Shown piece after piece: positions 37,741-47,956 of a stretch of 64,000 nt of DNA. The stretch is taken from assembly GCA_032128875.1 (NCBI GenBank), contig JAVLKG010000004.1, positions 640,001-704,000 of the forward strand. The letters run 5' to 3'. The notes under the pieces are model-generated. The model saw nothing but the letters and a program-made list of their open reading frames with translations. It searched no databases and was not told the DNA's origin. The position numbers and the translations under genes were made by a program. The stretch is from Candidatus Melainabacteria bacterium 17Bon1m. Lineage in GTDB: Bacteria; Cyanobacteriota; Vampirovibrionia; Obscuribacterales; Obscuribacteraceae. Position 1 is the first letter of the stretch. Every line of letters begins with the position of its first letter.

Positions 37741-40700
37741 ATGTCGTCTATCAGCAAAGAACTTGCTGAGTTGCTCGTGGATAACGGCTTGCTTTCTGAC
37801 GCAGATTTGGAGCAAGTCGAACAAGAGAAGGAAAAAACCGGCGAACCACTCCGAATTATTCTCGAGCGCCTGAACTTGGCGACGGAGAAACAACTCAAGA
37901 ATACGCTCGAACTGCAGTACGGCGTAAATTACTTGGCTTTGCACACAATCAGTCCGGAGCTTCCGGTTGTCGACCTCTTGCCCGCCGATGTCATAAGCGA
38001 GCATGGTGTTGTACCGATTCATATCGACGGCAATCGTCTGACTGTTGCCATGGTTAATCCCGATAATTCGGCAGCCATGAAGGCGATCAAAGCCAACGTT
38101 AGTATGGATATCAAACCGCTGGTTTGCTTTGAAGACGATTTCAAGATTTTCCTCGATCAAATCGAGAAAATGCGTCACATGCCGGACAGACCGGTCGCGC
38201 CGGTGGACGACAGTGAATTTGGTGTCGAGACAGCATCTGACTCTGGTGTTGCCGATGATACCACCGGCGAAGCATTCGAAGAATTGCCTGCAGAAGAATT
38301 CGCCACTGAAGAAGCACCAGCAGAGCAAACGCAAGAAGCTGATGAGGCGCCCACGGTAATCCATGAAGCTGCAGACGCGGTTGATTTCCAAAAGGCAGAA
38401 GAAGAGTTCGCTGCTACTGAATACTCAAATGATGAAGTAACCGCCGACGAAGTCACCAGTGATACTGTTACGGCGGCGCCATCATTGACGTCCGGAACCT
38501 ATTCAGCTCAATACGACACTGGATCACTCGATGCAATCGCTACGCCTTCCGTTCCGACCGAGGAGCTGAATAGTGCTCCTTCTGATAGTTTTGACCGCAG
38601 TCTATTAGATTCAATCCCCAGTCCGAGTTTCGACGCCAGCGCGTTGGATTCAATTCCGACCCCAAAAGCCGAAGCAAGCGAACCACCAGAAAAGCCCACG
38701 CAGTCCGGTGGCATGTCCGCCTTCCTGAAGGGAGGCAATGCGCCGAAAAAGGCGGCAAGTGAACCCACTCAAGAAAGATCGGGTGGTCTTTCAGCCCTTC
38801 GTGGCATGATGGGCGGCAAAAAAGGTGGAAAGAAGAACGAACCGGCTCCGCGCCAGGCCGCACCTCCACCCCCTCCGCCTCCGCCGCCACCGCCCCCGCC
38901 CCCAGCGGCTTCGGACAGTGACGACACTGCTGGTGGTGCGGAAGAGCCGCAAGGCAAATCCGGACTTCTGAGCAGCAAATTAGGTAGTGCGGCACACCAT
39001 CTTTCCGCCGCAAAAAAATTCCTCAAGGAAAAGCGCACGGATTCTCAGCCGATTGCAACTCCGGAGCAAAAAGAAGAAGAAGCTGTTCCTGAGTGGATGA
39101 ATCAAATCGACGAAAACACACCTATAGGTGTGGACGCCGCTGCCGAGCCAACCAGCGAACGGCAAGAAGATGCTGCAGAGCAAGTGCGGTCGCTTTCTGC
39201 TGAAGAACAAGCCGTCAACGACTATTATGCAGAATTTGGATTTGATCCAACGGCAGAAGAATCGCAGGCTGAGGTGGCAAGTGATGAAGCGCCTGAAGCC
39301 ACAAGTGAGACAAGTGCCGAGGTTGAAGCAAGTGAGAATATAGAATCCTCAGAAGTACCTGCGACAGCACCAGACTACGAGATCCCGCCGATGGATCCTG
39401 GCGCTGCAAACTTCATGTCTTGGTCGTCAGAACAAGCTGAATCCGAAGAGCAAGCAGTCAACGATGCATTGGCAGAAGCTTCCGAAGCCTTGGCAGCATC
39501 GACCGCCGCCGTCGAAGAAGCACTTGCTGATGCAGAAGAAGCATGGGAAGAAGCATCTGCCGCTGCAGATGAAGCAGTTGCGGCGGGGGACATCTCCTCC
39601 GATGAATTGCCCGCATTCGTCCAGAATACTGCAGAGCAAGAACAGCCTGCCGAGGAAGCATCGGTGGAAGCTGAAACACCCTCAGACGATTCGCCTCAAG
39701 AAATTGCACAAGAAAAAGCCGCAGTAGAAGAAATCTCTGCTGAAGAATTTGCACTTGAAGAATCAGCACCGGAAGTTCAGGAAGCGCTTTCTCAAGAAGA
39801 ACCATCGGTAGAAGAAATCGCAGCATCCGAAGAATCTGTTCCAACAGCAGCAGAATTAGAAGCAGAAGCAGCTCCAGAAGACACTGCGGCGCTGCTTGAT
39901 GAAATGTCTGCGCTGGCCGATACATTGGCAGATACCGACATACCAGAAGCTCCAGCTCACGAAGAAGTAGCTTCAGAATTAGCTGCTGCGCCTGTCGCTG
40001 AAACGTCCGAGATGCCAGATGACTCCGAGTTTGCGGAAAGCGCAGATTGGGGCGATGCTGCGGCTGAAGAAAGCATTGCCGCCGTTGCGGAAACACCAGA
40101 AGCACCTGTTGCTGAAGCAACCGACGAGCAACCTCTTGTTACGCCTGCCGCTTCGGAAGCGCAACCCGTCGCTGCGGTTGATGATGAATTCAATCTGGAC
40201 GACAGCGAATTCCTGTCCGGTGTTGAAGAGCTCCAAGCAATGGCAGAGCTGTCATTCAACGATCAGACAGGGGAAAAATCAGCAGAAGCCGATGAGTTTG
40301 ACGGAATAACTGACTGGGGAGAGGAAGCACCCGCCGTCGAAAACCTGATGTCCAGTCTCTCTTCTGCAGCAGGTGAGGATAAACCCGCGGAAGAGGCAAG
40401 AGATGCTGGCGAAGCCCCTCCATTTTTACAAGAAGAACTCTTGGTAGAGATGGATGTTATTACAGAAGGACAAATTCCTTCTATAAGAAGAGAACTTTTA
40501 ACGACCGGTCAGAGCTTGAGTGTTGTCTTGGAACGCATGGGCATTGCCGGCGAAATGGAATTGTCCGATGCTTTCGATATGCAATTCGGTGCCGGATATA
40601 TCTCGCTTGCATCGATGTCTATCGACGCTGAAGTATTGAATTTGCTACCCGCAAAGGTTGTTGAACAGAGAAGAGTTCTTCCTGTCGGTAAATCGGGCAA

Positions 40701-43212
40701 TCGCGTGACTGTTGTTATGGTCAACCCCGACGATCTTGCAGCCATGAACGACATCAAGTTCAGGCTAAAAGGCATGGAAATCAAGAAAGCCGTTTGTCTT
40801 GAGGACGACTTTGAGCATTTCTTGCGTACACACCTAGTCCAGTCAAACGGTGAACCGCATTTCGAAACTGCTGCGCCAACACTTCCAGCTGAAACTGTCC
40901 CAGTGAATGGGGCAGCACCGGCCGAGTCGATTGCGGAAGCACCACCTGCAGTGCAAGAGAATATTGAACTCACCCCGGTGGTTGAGGAAACTGCCGAACC
41001 TTCATTTGATGCAGTTCAACAATCGGAAGTTGAACCAGTCACCGCACCAGTCGCCACGACACCTGAAGCAACAGCTGCTGAGGTTCAAGCTGAACCAACT
41101 CCAGCTCCGGCACAGCCTGCTGCTGCTGCTGCTGCTGCTCCTGTTCCTGTTCCTGTTCCAGCACCAGAACCTGCCTCGCCTGCACCGGCACCGGCTCCGG
41201 CTCCAGCTCCAGAACCTCCCTCGCCTGCACCAGCTCCGGCTCCGTCTCCAGCACAAGCTCCTGCTGTTCCTTTTACTCAAGCCCCAGTTCCGACAGCAGC
41301 ACCTCCTACTCCTACTGTCGCGCCTGCGGCTGCGCAAGCCGCACCAACGCCAGCTCTCGCTGTGCCACCATCTCCCGCACCGGTCATTAATCCAGCCGCA
41401 ATTCCTTCTGTTGCGCCCGCGGTCACTACGACGCCCGCAGCACCAGTTGCACCGGCAGCGCCAAGTGCACCAGCTTCAACGTCTGCGCCGGTTCCGCCAG
41501 CGGTCCCACCGGTTCCAGGGATCGCCGCGTTGGCAAAACCACCGCTACCACAGACAGCTGGTGTACCACCTGTAATCAAACCAGCATCAGTCCCCGGAGC
41601 AACTCCTGTTCCGGCGAGGCCATTGCTGCAACCTACACTCCATGAGATCCCCGCGCACAAACCAGTCGCACCTACTCCGAGTACTCCGGCTCCCGCAGCC
41701 CCGACGGCGCAGACACCCTCTGCACCTCCGGCTTTGCCACCAGGTGTCGTTCCGCCAAAACCAATTTCTCCGCAACAAATTCCAAATCTAGCAAACCAAC
41801 CGCGCGTGAATTTACAGGCTCCCGCGCCAGGAGCAATAGCACCAACACCTCCAGCTCCTGCACCTGCGACTTCGACGCCAGCTCCTCAAGTTCAGCCGGG
41901 TCAAGTTCCAGGACAAGCACCACGAGTTCAACCGCCTGGTTTAGTTGCACCGCCCCCACCACAACCACCTGCACCTCCGGCACCTCCGGCACCGCCCGCA
42001 CCGGCACCATCAACTCCAACCATTCCGCCACAGGTTGCCCCGCCGCAGCCAGCTGTAATGCAGCCACTACCAAAAGTTCCACCACAACCGACTCCACCTG
42101 CAACTTCTCCAATGGCACCAACTCCGGCAGCACCTGCTCAGGTAGCTCCAACGCCGACGGCACCTGCACCAGCTCCGACTGTACCGGCTCCAGCATCTCC
42201 GGCTGCAGTCCCGACTCCTGCTCCATCCCCTACCGCACCTGCTCCAGCACCGGTGACAGCAGCTCCGGCACCACAGCTACAGGCAGCACCAGCTCCGCCT
42301 GCGCCGCCAGCTCCAACTCCTGCGTCACCGCAACCGGCTGTATTAGCGCCATTGCCTCAAGTTCCTGTTCAACCAGCACCACCGACAACCACCGCAACTC
42401 CAGTTGTTGCAGCACCTGCAATTCCGCCGCAAGCAGTTCCGCAAGCACCGGTACAACCTGCAGCAAGTGCGTCCGGTGCAAACCCTGCCGTTCCTCCACC
42501 ATCGGCGCCAGGAGCTCCAGGTGCGCCGATGCCTATGCCACGCATAAATCCCAATCAGATACCAGGTGTACGTGCTCAGCAACAGTCCTCTGGCTCAATC
42601 CCAGTTTTACAGCCGCCTCAACCTCCAGCTCCAGCAATTTCAGCGACACCAACAGCTCCAACACCTTCAGCACCTCCTGTAGCGCCTGCACCACAGGCAG
42701 TGCAGCCTGCTGTCACATTACCGCAGCCGTCCGCACCAGCTGCAATACCACCTGCTACTCCAGCGGCTCCTGTTACTCCAGCAGTTCCAGCTGCTCCAAC
42801 ACCTACAGCAGCTCCAGCCGCTCCAGCCGCACCTGCTGCGCCACCAACACCTCCCGGACCACCACCGCTGGATCCAAATCTGCTCTCGCTAGCCAGAGAC
42901 ATAATCAACAAAGCCGCAGACAATGGCTTTTCCGATGTGCACATCGAGCCTCAAGCTGCTGAACTCGAATTGCGCTATTGGTATGACGGAGCGTTAATCG
43001 AATCGACAAAGCTAGAAAAGCATATTCACGGCGAGCTGCTTCGTTGCTACAAATCCATCGCCGGTCTGTCTACCGAAGAAACAAAAAAACCGCAAGACAA
43101 ACGGTTGAAGTGGACTGATACTGGTGCAGAACTCGACATTCGTATCACAACAATTCCGTCGGAACACGGCGAAATGGTCGCCGTGTCAATAAAATTCGAC
43201 GACGAAGAATAA
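37741..43212 (+). CDS. Giant PilB/GspE-like protein: two T2SSE_N/MshEN domains, acidic and Pro/Ala linkers, PilB N2-like domain, no ATPase
   Basis: LLP....H.VVP..LTVAMVNP occurs twice; C-terminal SDVHIEP..RYWYDG..PQD.R..DIRITTIPSEHGE; stops before any Walker A. Confidence 0.85.
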   Translation: MSSISKELAELLVDNGLLSDADLEQVEQEKEKTGEPLRIILERLNLATEKQLKNTLELQYGVNYLALHTISPELPVVDLLPADVISEHGVVPIHIDGNRLTVAMVNPDNSAAMKAIKANVSMDIKPLVCFEDDFKIFLDQIEKMRHMPDRPVAPVDDSEFGVETASDSGVADDTTGEAFEELPAEEFATEEAPAEQTQEADEAPTVIHEAADAVDFQKAEEEFAATEYSNDEVTADEVTSDTVTAAPSLTSGTYSAQYDTGSLDAIATPSVPTEELNSAPSDSFDRSLLDSIPSPSFDASALDSIPTPKAEASEPPEKPTQSGGMSAFLKGGNAPKKAASEPTQERSGGLSALRGMMGGKKGGKKNEPAPRQAAPPPPPPPPPPPPPPAASDSDDTAGGAEEPQGKSGLLSSKLGSAAHHLSAAKKFLKEKRTDSQPIATPEQKEEEAVPEWMNQIDENTPIGVDAAAEPTSERQEDAAEQVRSLSAEEQAVNDYYAEFGFDPTAEESQAEVASDEAPEATSETSAEVEASENIESSEVPATAPDYEIPPMDPGAANFMSWSSEQAESEEQAVNDALAEASEALAASTAAVEEALADAEEAWEEASAAADEAVAAGDISSDELPAFVQNTAEQEQPAEEASVEAETPSDDSPQEIAQEKAAVEEISAEEFALEESAPEVQEALSQEEPSVEEIAASEESVPTAAELEAEAAPEDTAALLDEMSALADTLADTDIPEAPAHEEVASELAAAPVAETSEMPDDSEFAESADWGDAAAEESIAAVAETPEAPVAEATDEQPLVTPAASEAQPVAAVDDEFNLDDSEFLSGVEELQAMAELSFNDQTGEKSAEADEFDGITDWGEEAPAVENLMSSLSSAAGEDKPAEEARDAGEAPPFLQEELLVEMDVITEGQIPSIRRELLTTGQSLSVVLERMGIAGEMELSDAFDMQFGAGYISLASMSIDAEVLNLLPAKVVEQRRVLPVGKSGNRVTVVMVNPDDLAAMNDIKFRLKGMEIKKAVCLEDDFEHFLRTHLVQSNGEPHFETAAPTLPAETVPVNGAAPAESIAEAPPAVQENIELTPVVEETAEPSFDAVQQSEVEPVTAPVATTPEATAAEVQAEPTPAPAQPAAAAAAAPVPVPVPAPEPASPAPAPAPAPAPEPPSPAPAPAPSPAQAPAVPFTQAPVPTAAPPTPTVAPAAAQAAPTPALAVPPSPAPVINPAAIPSVAPAVTTTPAAPVAPAAPSAPASTSAPVPPAVPPVPGIAALAKPPLPQTAGVPPVIKPASVPGATPVPARPLLQPTLHEIPAHKPVAPTPSTPAPAAPTAQTPSAPPALPPGVVPPKPISPQQIPNLANQPRVNLQAPAPGAIAPTPPAPAPATSTPAPQVQPGQVPGQAPRVQPPGLVAPPPPQPPAPPAPPAPPAPAPSTPTIPPQVAPPQPAVMQPLPKVPPQPTPPATSPMAPTPAAPAQVAPTPTAPAPAPTVPAPASPAAVPTPAPSPTAPAPAPVTAAPAPQLQAAPAPPAPPAPTPASPQPAVLAPLPQVPVQPAPPTTTATPVVAAPAIPPQAVPQAPVQPAASASGANPAVPPPSAPGAPGAPMPMPRINPNQIPGVRAQQQSSGSIPVLQPPQPPAPAISATPTAPTPSAPPVAPAPQAVQPAVTLPQPSAPAAIPPATPAAPVTPAVPAAPTPTAAPAAPAAPAAPPTPPGPPPLDPNLLSLARDIINKAADNGFSDVHIEPQAAELELRYWYDGALIESTKLEKHIHGELLRCYKSIAGLSTEETKKPQDKRLKWTDTGAELDIRITTIPSEHGEMVAVSIKFDDEE

Positions 43213-43261
43213 GACGAATCGAACGTGCGAAATGAAAATTTGAACGAGCGAGGCTAAGGTC

Positions 43262-44251
43262 TTAAAGCAAACTCGGTGCGATCATCTGCAATTCGCGTTT
43301 CATTTCGAGAATGTTTTGAAATCTTCTTTCTGGATCTTTTTCCAAAGCGGTCATTACACAATTGTTCAAAACTGCCGGAAAGTCCTTTTGCGTGCAGACT
43401 TGATGCAAAGGTTTGGGCTTTTCTTGTATATGCTTCATGCCGAGTTGTTTTGCATCTGTCGCAGAAAATGGAGCGTGTCCGGTTAGTGCTTTGAATAGGA
43501 CGCATCCAAGTGAATAAATGTCGGATCGTGCATCGACTCGTTTTCCTTGCAAAAGCTCAGGGCTGGGGAATCCGCACCGACGAAACAATCCCGGAGTATC
43601 ATTTGTGTTGTGAACATGCTCGCCCACACGCACACTTTCGTAGAAATCAATCAGCTTTACGCTCACTTCGTTCTTGCTGGGAAAGTTGACCATTATATGA
43701 TTCGGCTTCACAGCCAAATGAACGTATTCCTGTTTGTGGGCGGCATTTAGAGCATCGCACACACGGCTCATTGCGGTTATGATCTCCGCCATTTCAATTT
43801 CTTCTCGCCGCAAAAGCGCATCTAGCGACGAGCCTTCGCAGTATTCACCGACCTGAAAAGGTGCATTGCCAGGCAATAAACCGACGTCGAAAATATTGGC
43901 TATCGCCTCGTCGTTGACTTGGCTAATGATTTTCGCTTCGTAGTTGAATTTCTCGACAAAATCAGCCAACCCTCTCAAATTGGGAAGCAGAATCTTCATC
44001 ACAACAGTTCGATCGAAAAGCTTGTGATGTGCCTTGTATACTGCACTTTTGCCGCCCTTGATGGGACCGGCAACAAGATCATAGCCATTGCCTACAGTGG
44101 TATTGATCTGTGGCAACGTATCATCAACAACAGCCTGGTCTACTTCAACTAAGAATGCGCCGTCTTTAGGACAGGTCACACCAGTTGTTTGCGTTGATGC
44201 CTGGCAATTTGGACACCACTTCACTGGATCTCTCCTCTGGGACTTTCGCAA
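43262..44251 (-). CDS. Zn-ribbon Ser/Thr kinase-like protein, probable pseudokinase
   Basis: CPNC..CPKD and kinase subdomains (SPE, DARSDIYSLG), but HLAVKPNH replaces HRDLKPxN and DFY replaces DFG. Confidence 0.85.
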   Translation of the reverse strand: MRKSQRRDPVKWCPNCQASTQTTGVTCPKDGAFLVEVDQAVVDDTLPQINTTVGNGYDLVAGPIKGGKSAVYKAHHKLFDRTVVMKILLPNLRGLADFVEKFNYEAKIISQVNDEAIANIFDVGLLPGNAPFQVGEYCEGSSLDALLRREEIEMAEIITAMSRVCDALNAAHKQEYVHLAVKPNHIMVNFPSKNEVSVKLIDFYESVRVGEHVHNTNDTPGLFRRCGFPSPELLQGKRVDARSDIYSLGCVLFKALTGHAPFSATDAKQLGMKHIQEKPKPLHQVCTQKDFPAVLNNCVMTALEKDPERRFQNILEMKRELQMIAPSLL

Positions 44252-44413
44252 TCGTTAAGCCAAGTTGGCAGGAGAGCCGATACTCTCCTGATGAAAACCT
44301 TCAGGGATAAAATCCCAGGAAGGCCAGATAAAAGGCTCACTTTCTGTTTTTAGCCCACAGAATGATGCTCAGTAACACCTTAAGGCGTTCGGTTCAGATA
44401 AATTGAGAAAATT

Positions 44414-46186
44414 TCACTGAGAAAGCTCCGACAGGCGGCGTTTTGCCGCCGGCAAGCGGGAGTCGGTTTGAGTTGCAGACTCTATGAACTTTGAAAGCTC
44501 GGTCTTGGCGCCAGACTTATCGCCGAGCTTCTCCAGAGCGCGGCTCAACCCAAAATGACCTTCAGGGTCAGCGGGGTTAATGTTGGTCGCCTCACGGTAA
44601 GCATCTGCCGCACCTTTCAAATCTCCATCACTAAGCAAGGTGGAGCCGAGATTAATGCGAGCAGATGAAAGCTTCGGATTGAGGGTTACTGCCTTCCTGG
44701 CGTGTTCGATTGCCTGCGGCAAAGCGTTTGCACGGAAAAGCGCGACGCTGATCGAGTTGTGCAAATCTGCACTCTCTGGATAGAGCGTAAGCGCTTCTTG
44801 CAAATATCTGATGGAGCCTGTATTGTCGCCAGTTTTAGAAGAAGCCTCCGACATCGCGAGGAGAATATCCTTATCTCGTGGATTGAGGCGATAAGCGAGG
44901 TTCATCACATTCATGTACTCGTCTGGCTTATTGAGCTTTCTCAATGCGCGTGCATAGTTGTATGCAAAGAGTGAATCATGGGGGTTTGCTTTCAATGCGC
45001 GATTGAACATTTCCGCAGCTTCTTCCCAGTTGCCTTTGTAGCCGAGCACTGTGCCGTAATCGCTGAGAACATCAGCATATGTCGGATCTATCTTCAGCGC
45101 TTCCTTATACTCTGCAATCGCATCGTCCATCTTGTTGTTCACTACAAAAGTGTTGGCTTTTATGTAATGCGCCTCGGCTGATAGAAATGCATTAACGCCG
45201 GATGGAATACCAGAAACTTGCTCTGACTGCGGAACACCAAGCACCAAATCATTTCCTGTCCAGTTCGATTTAAGAACAGGCGATTGCTTCTTGCCACCTT
45301 TGCTGTAGTGCGCGGTCTTAAACTCGGTCATTTCCTTTGCTTTCGCAAATGCTTCATTGAGCGGAACAAGACCGTTTTTCGCGCGCAGACACTCAATCAG
45401 GCTCGAGGAAAAATCGTCACCATACGTTTCCTCATTCGGACGACTGGAAGACAGAATAATGTTTCCCTTGCCCATAACCACTTTATCGAGATCGATGTTA
45501 AAGCCGTGGAAGAGCGCTTTTGCACCAGACTCTAAGCTCGCTGCACCGGAATATTTTGATTCCAAAACGAGCACAACTCTATCTGTTTTGACATTCTTCT
45601 TAAGCGTGCTCATCAAGTCTTGCATCGAAAAGCAAGTTCCATAGACATTGGTCAGAGCCGCATCATATGCCGCAAGGAATGTCCCGCCTTCAATCATCGG
45701 AAAGGCTTCGGTAGCCATGAATACGACTACCAAATCGTCCGGTCCAGCTAATTGCCCTAACCACTTATTACCGAGGGTGTTCAAAACATTTGCACGGGTA
45801 GCGCTTGTGTTGACCAATAAGCGCACATGTTCTTTGTCGAAGCGCCCGCCATTTGGATCGATGAGATATTTATAGAAGTTGTGGGCAGCCTTATCCATGA
45901 CGAGATCATCGGCAACCAAGCGCTTTTCGGCGAAGTTGGATATCCCTACGACTACCGCCCACTTCTGTTTTACAGGACGATTTGTTGCCGAGTTGGGATT
46001 GATATCTTGCATCTGGGTAAATTGAATACCCTGCCCAGGCCCTTCAGGGACCGGCATGGATGTTGTATCCGCAGATATCGCAGCAATTGGGAAAGTGAAT
46101 GCAAGCGTCGCCAGTGCCATCAATGACGCCAATGAAACTCTGCTACGTGCCTTGATCTCTTTCGCGTTTTTGTACAAAGCGGTCAT
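44414..46186 (-). CDS. Exported caspase-fold (C14-like) plus TPR protein lacking the catalytic dyad
   Basis: KWAVVVGISNF, ATRANV, DDLVVVFMATEA (expected SxHG), VVLVLESKYSG (expected DACHSG), QSP; C-terminal TPRs. Confidence 0.82.
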   Translation of the reverse strand: MTALYKNAKEIKARSRVSLASLMALATLAFTFPIAAISADTTSMPVPEGPGQGIQFTQMQDINPNSATNRPVKQKWAVVVGISNFAEKRLVADDLVMDKAAHNFYKYLIDPNGGRFDKEHVRLLVNTSATRANVLNTLGNKWLGQLAGPDDLVVVFMATEAFPMIEGGTFLAAYDAALTNVYGTCFSMQDLMSTLKKNVKTDRVVLVLESKYSGAASLESGAKALFHGFNIDLDKVVMGKGNIILSSSRPNEETYGDDFSSSLIECLRAKNGLVPLNEAFAKAKEMTEFKTAHYSKGGKKQSPVLKSNWTGNDLVLGVPQSEQVSGIPSGVNAFLSAEAHYIKANTFVVNNKMDDAIAEYKEALKIDPTYADVLSDYGTVLGYKGNWEEAAEMFNRALKANPHDSLFAYNYARALRKLNKPDEYMNVMNLAYRLNPRDKDILLAMSEASSKTGDNTGSIRYLQEALTLYPESADLHNSISVALFRANALPQAIEHARKAVTLNPKLSSARINLGSTLLSDGDLKGAADAYREATNINPADPEGHFGLSRALEKLGDKSGAKTELSKFIESATQTDSRLPAAKRRLSELSQ

Positions 46187-46240
46187 GAATTACATCCTTT
46201 TATATTGATCGAATTAGACAATCAAAACCGAGACAGCCGT

Positions 46241-47872
46241 CTATTTATGCGCAAGTGCGATGTCTACGGCGAGCATTCCAGCATCAAGACAGACAAGTCT
46301 CGTCACGTTGGTCTTATTCTGGGCGATTGTGGTTGATTCTGCGACGTCGGCAGAAATGATATTAGGCGCTTCAGAATCGAATGAAAGCTTCATTCGCGTA
46401 GGCACTATGTCCTTCGCACCAGTCTCGCCGATATACGCAACTTCAATGCGATCGTTGGTGAACCTCTGCGTGTCTACCTTTTGCTTTGAGAAAACCAGGC
46501 TTAGTTTTTCGATGCCTGGCGTGTTGTCGAATGCCAACCAACCTTCATAAGGAAGCGGATAGTCCACATCAGCTCTCAATATATGGTTTGCCTTTTCCTG
46601 AGGCGGATAGAGCACAGCTTTGCCGCCGCTCGATCCTTGCTTAAGAACAACATACGCATATCCGTCTACTTCTGGAATTACGTGAAAACGAATCTGGTCG
46701 CCTGATTTGAACGCTGTCCGGCTGTTGCAGCGAAATCTCTTGCCGCCGCGTTGCAGTTCGATCCAATAAGCAATGCCGTTGCTTGCTTCGGTTTCTCCAA
46801 CAGCATCAATTGGCGACGACATTGCTATTTGTTCTTGCGGTTTAGCATGATTTCTGTCTTTGTCTTTGCTGGCAATTTGAATGTCGGCAAACTGTGGATT
46901 GTCTTTGTTGGACGCGACTGTATTGGGGGCGCTCATCGCCAGAACCGAATCGGGCAAAGCAGTCACGTTTTTATCAACCCAACTGAGAACATAGCTGACA
47001 ATTTTGTCGTTGAACTGATCGCTTTCGAAGAGCAAGTGTTCAGAACTACCACTAAGTACAAACTGACTGTTGGGCGTTCCAAGAGCTTTTTTGAGAGCAA
47101 AGGTTCCAGCCGGTAAAACAAGATTGTCCTTGCCACCTTGCACGAAGAGAACTGGTGACTTATTCACCAAATGAGCCATGTTTTCGTTTTCACCCATGAA
47201 GTTCTTAAACTGAATCAATTCGTTTGGCGAAAACTCCATTCGAGCCAGCGGGTCGTTTTTCCACTGCTGTCTTAACTTTTCGTCGGTGGTGGCGCGTTTA
47301 ACAACCATCTTGCCTACATTAATGTTGGCATCAAAACCTCGGAAGATTGCGTTCAAACCAATGTGCAATTCGCTGTCTGAGCCCTGATAGCGGTCGCCCG
47401 ATGGGACAGAACAAATCAGACCCGCGACCTTGTCCTGGTTGAGAGCTGCCGCATGAAGTGCGAAAGCCCCACCCATTGACTCACCAGCAAGAATAATCGG
47501 CAGATCCGGATACTTAGTCTTAATCGCCGTCAAGATTGCGTTGCAGTCATTGAGTGCACCTTTCAGGTCAACCTTCTGATACTGCTTGTATTTTTGCCAT
47601 TCGCCAAAACCACGCACATCCATGGCGTAAGTGATGATGCCCTCTTTGGCGAGACGTTTGCCAAAACCTTCATAATTGCCTTTATGCAATCCCAAGCCGT
47701 GAATGCAGAGCATTACTGCTCTTGGAGTTACGTCGGGATCTGCCCAGCTCGAAACAGGAACGTTGACGGAAGGCTGGGAGGCAGAATTCTTAGAGGCTGC
47801 CATAGCTATCGTGTCGGGCAGCGCCAACCCACAAAGGAGTGTAAATGCCAGGCAAGTTGCAATGTGCTTCAT
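46241..47872 (-). CDS. Exported alpha/beta hydrolase (lysophospholipase-like) with a C-terminal DUF4384-like domain
   Basis: HGLG, DVRGFG, GESMGG, GGKD, EHLL; C-terminal FKSGDQIRFHV..DGYAYVV..GSSG...LYP. Confidence 0.85.
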   Translation of the reverse strand: MKHIATCLAFTLLCGLALPDTIAMAASKNSASQPSVNVPVSSWADPDVTPRAVMLCIHGLGLHKGNYEGFGKRLAKEGIITYAMDVRGFGEWQKYKQYQKVDLKGALNDCNAILTAIKTKYPDLPIILAGESMGGAFALHAAALNQDKVAGLICSVPSGDRYQGSDSELHIGLNAIFRGFDANINVGKMVVKRATTDEKLRQQWKNDPLARMEFSPNELIQFKNFMGENENMAHLVNKSPVLFVQGGKDNLVLPAGTFALKKALGTPNSQFVLSGSSEHLLFESDQFNDKIVSYVLSWVDKNVTALPDSVLAMSAPNTVASNKDNPQFADIQIASKDKDRNHAKPQEQIAMSSPIDAVGETEASNGIAYWIELQRGGKRFRCNSRTAFKSGDQIRFHVIPEVDGYAYVVLKQGSSGGKAVLYPPQEKANHILRADVDYPLPYEGWLAFDNTPGIEKLSLVFSKQKVDTQRFTNDRIEVAYIGETGAKDIVPTRMKLSFDSEAPNIISADVAESTTIAQNKTNVTRLVCLDAGMLAVDIALAHK

Positions 47873-47956
47873 CAGTGCTCCGGAATAAGTGATTGTATGG
47901 TCAATCCTGAGGTCTTCTTACCTTCAGATATCTTCCTTACGCGATCCCGGAAAAAA

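Noticed and set aside
38129-42944. Many alternative-frame ORFs inside the 1823-aa gene
   Set aside because: Expected from stop-poor Pro/Ala/Glu low-complexity codons
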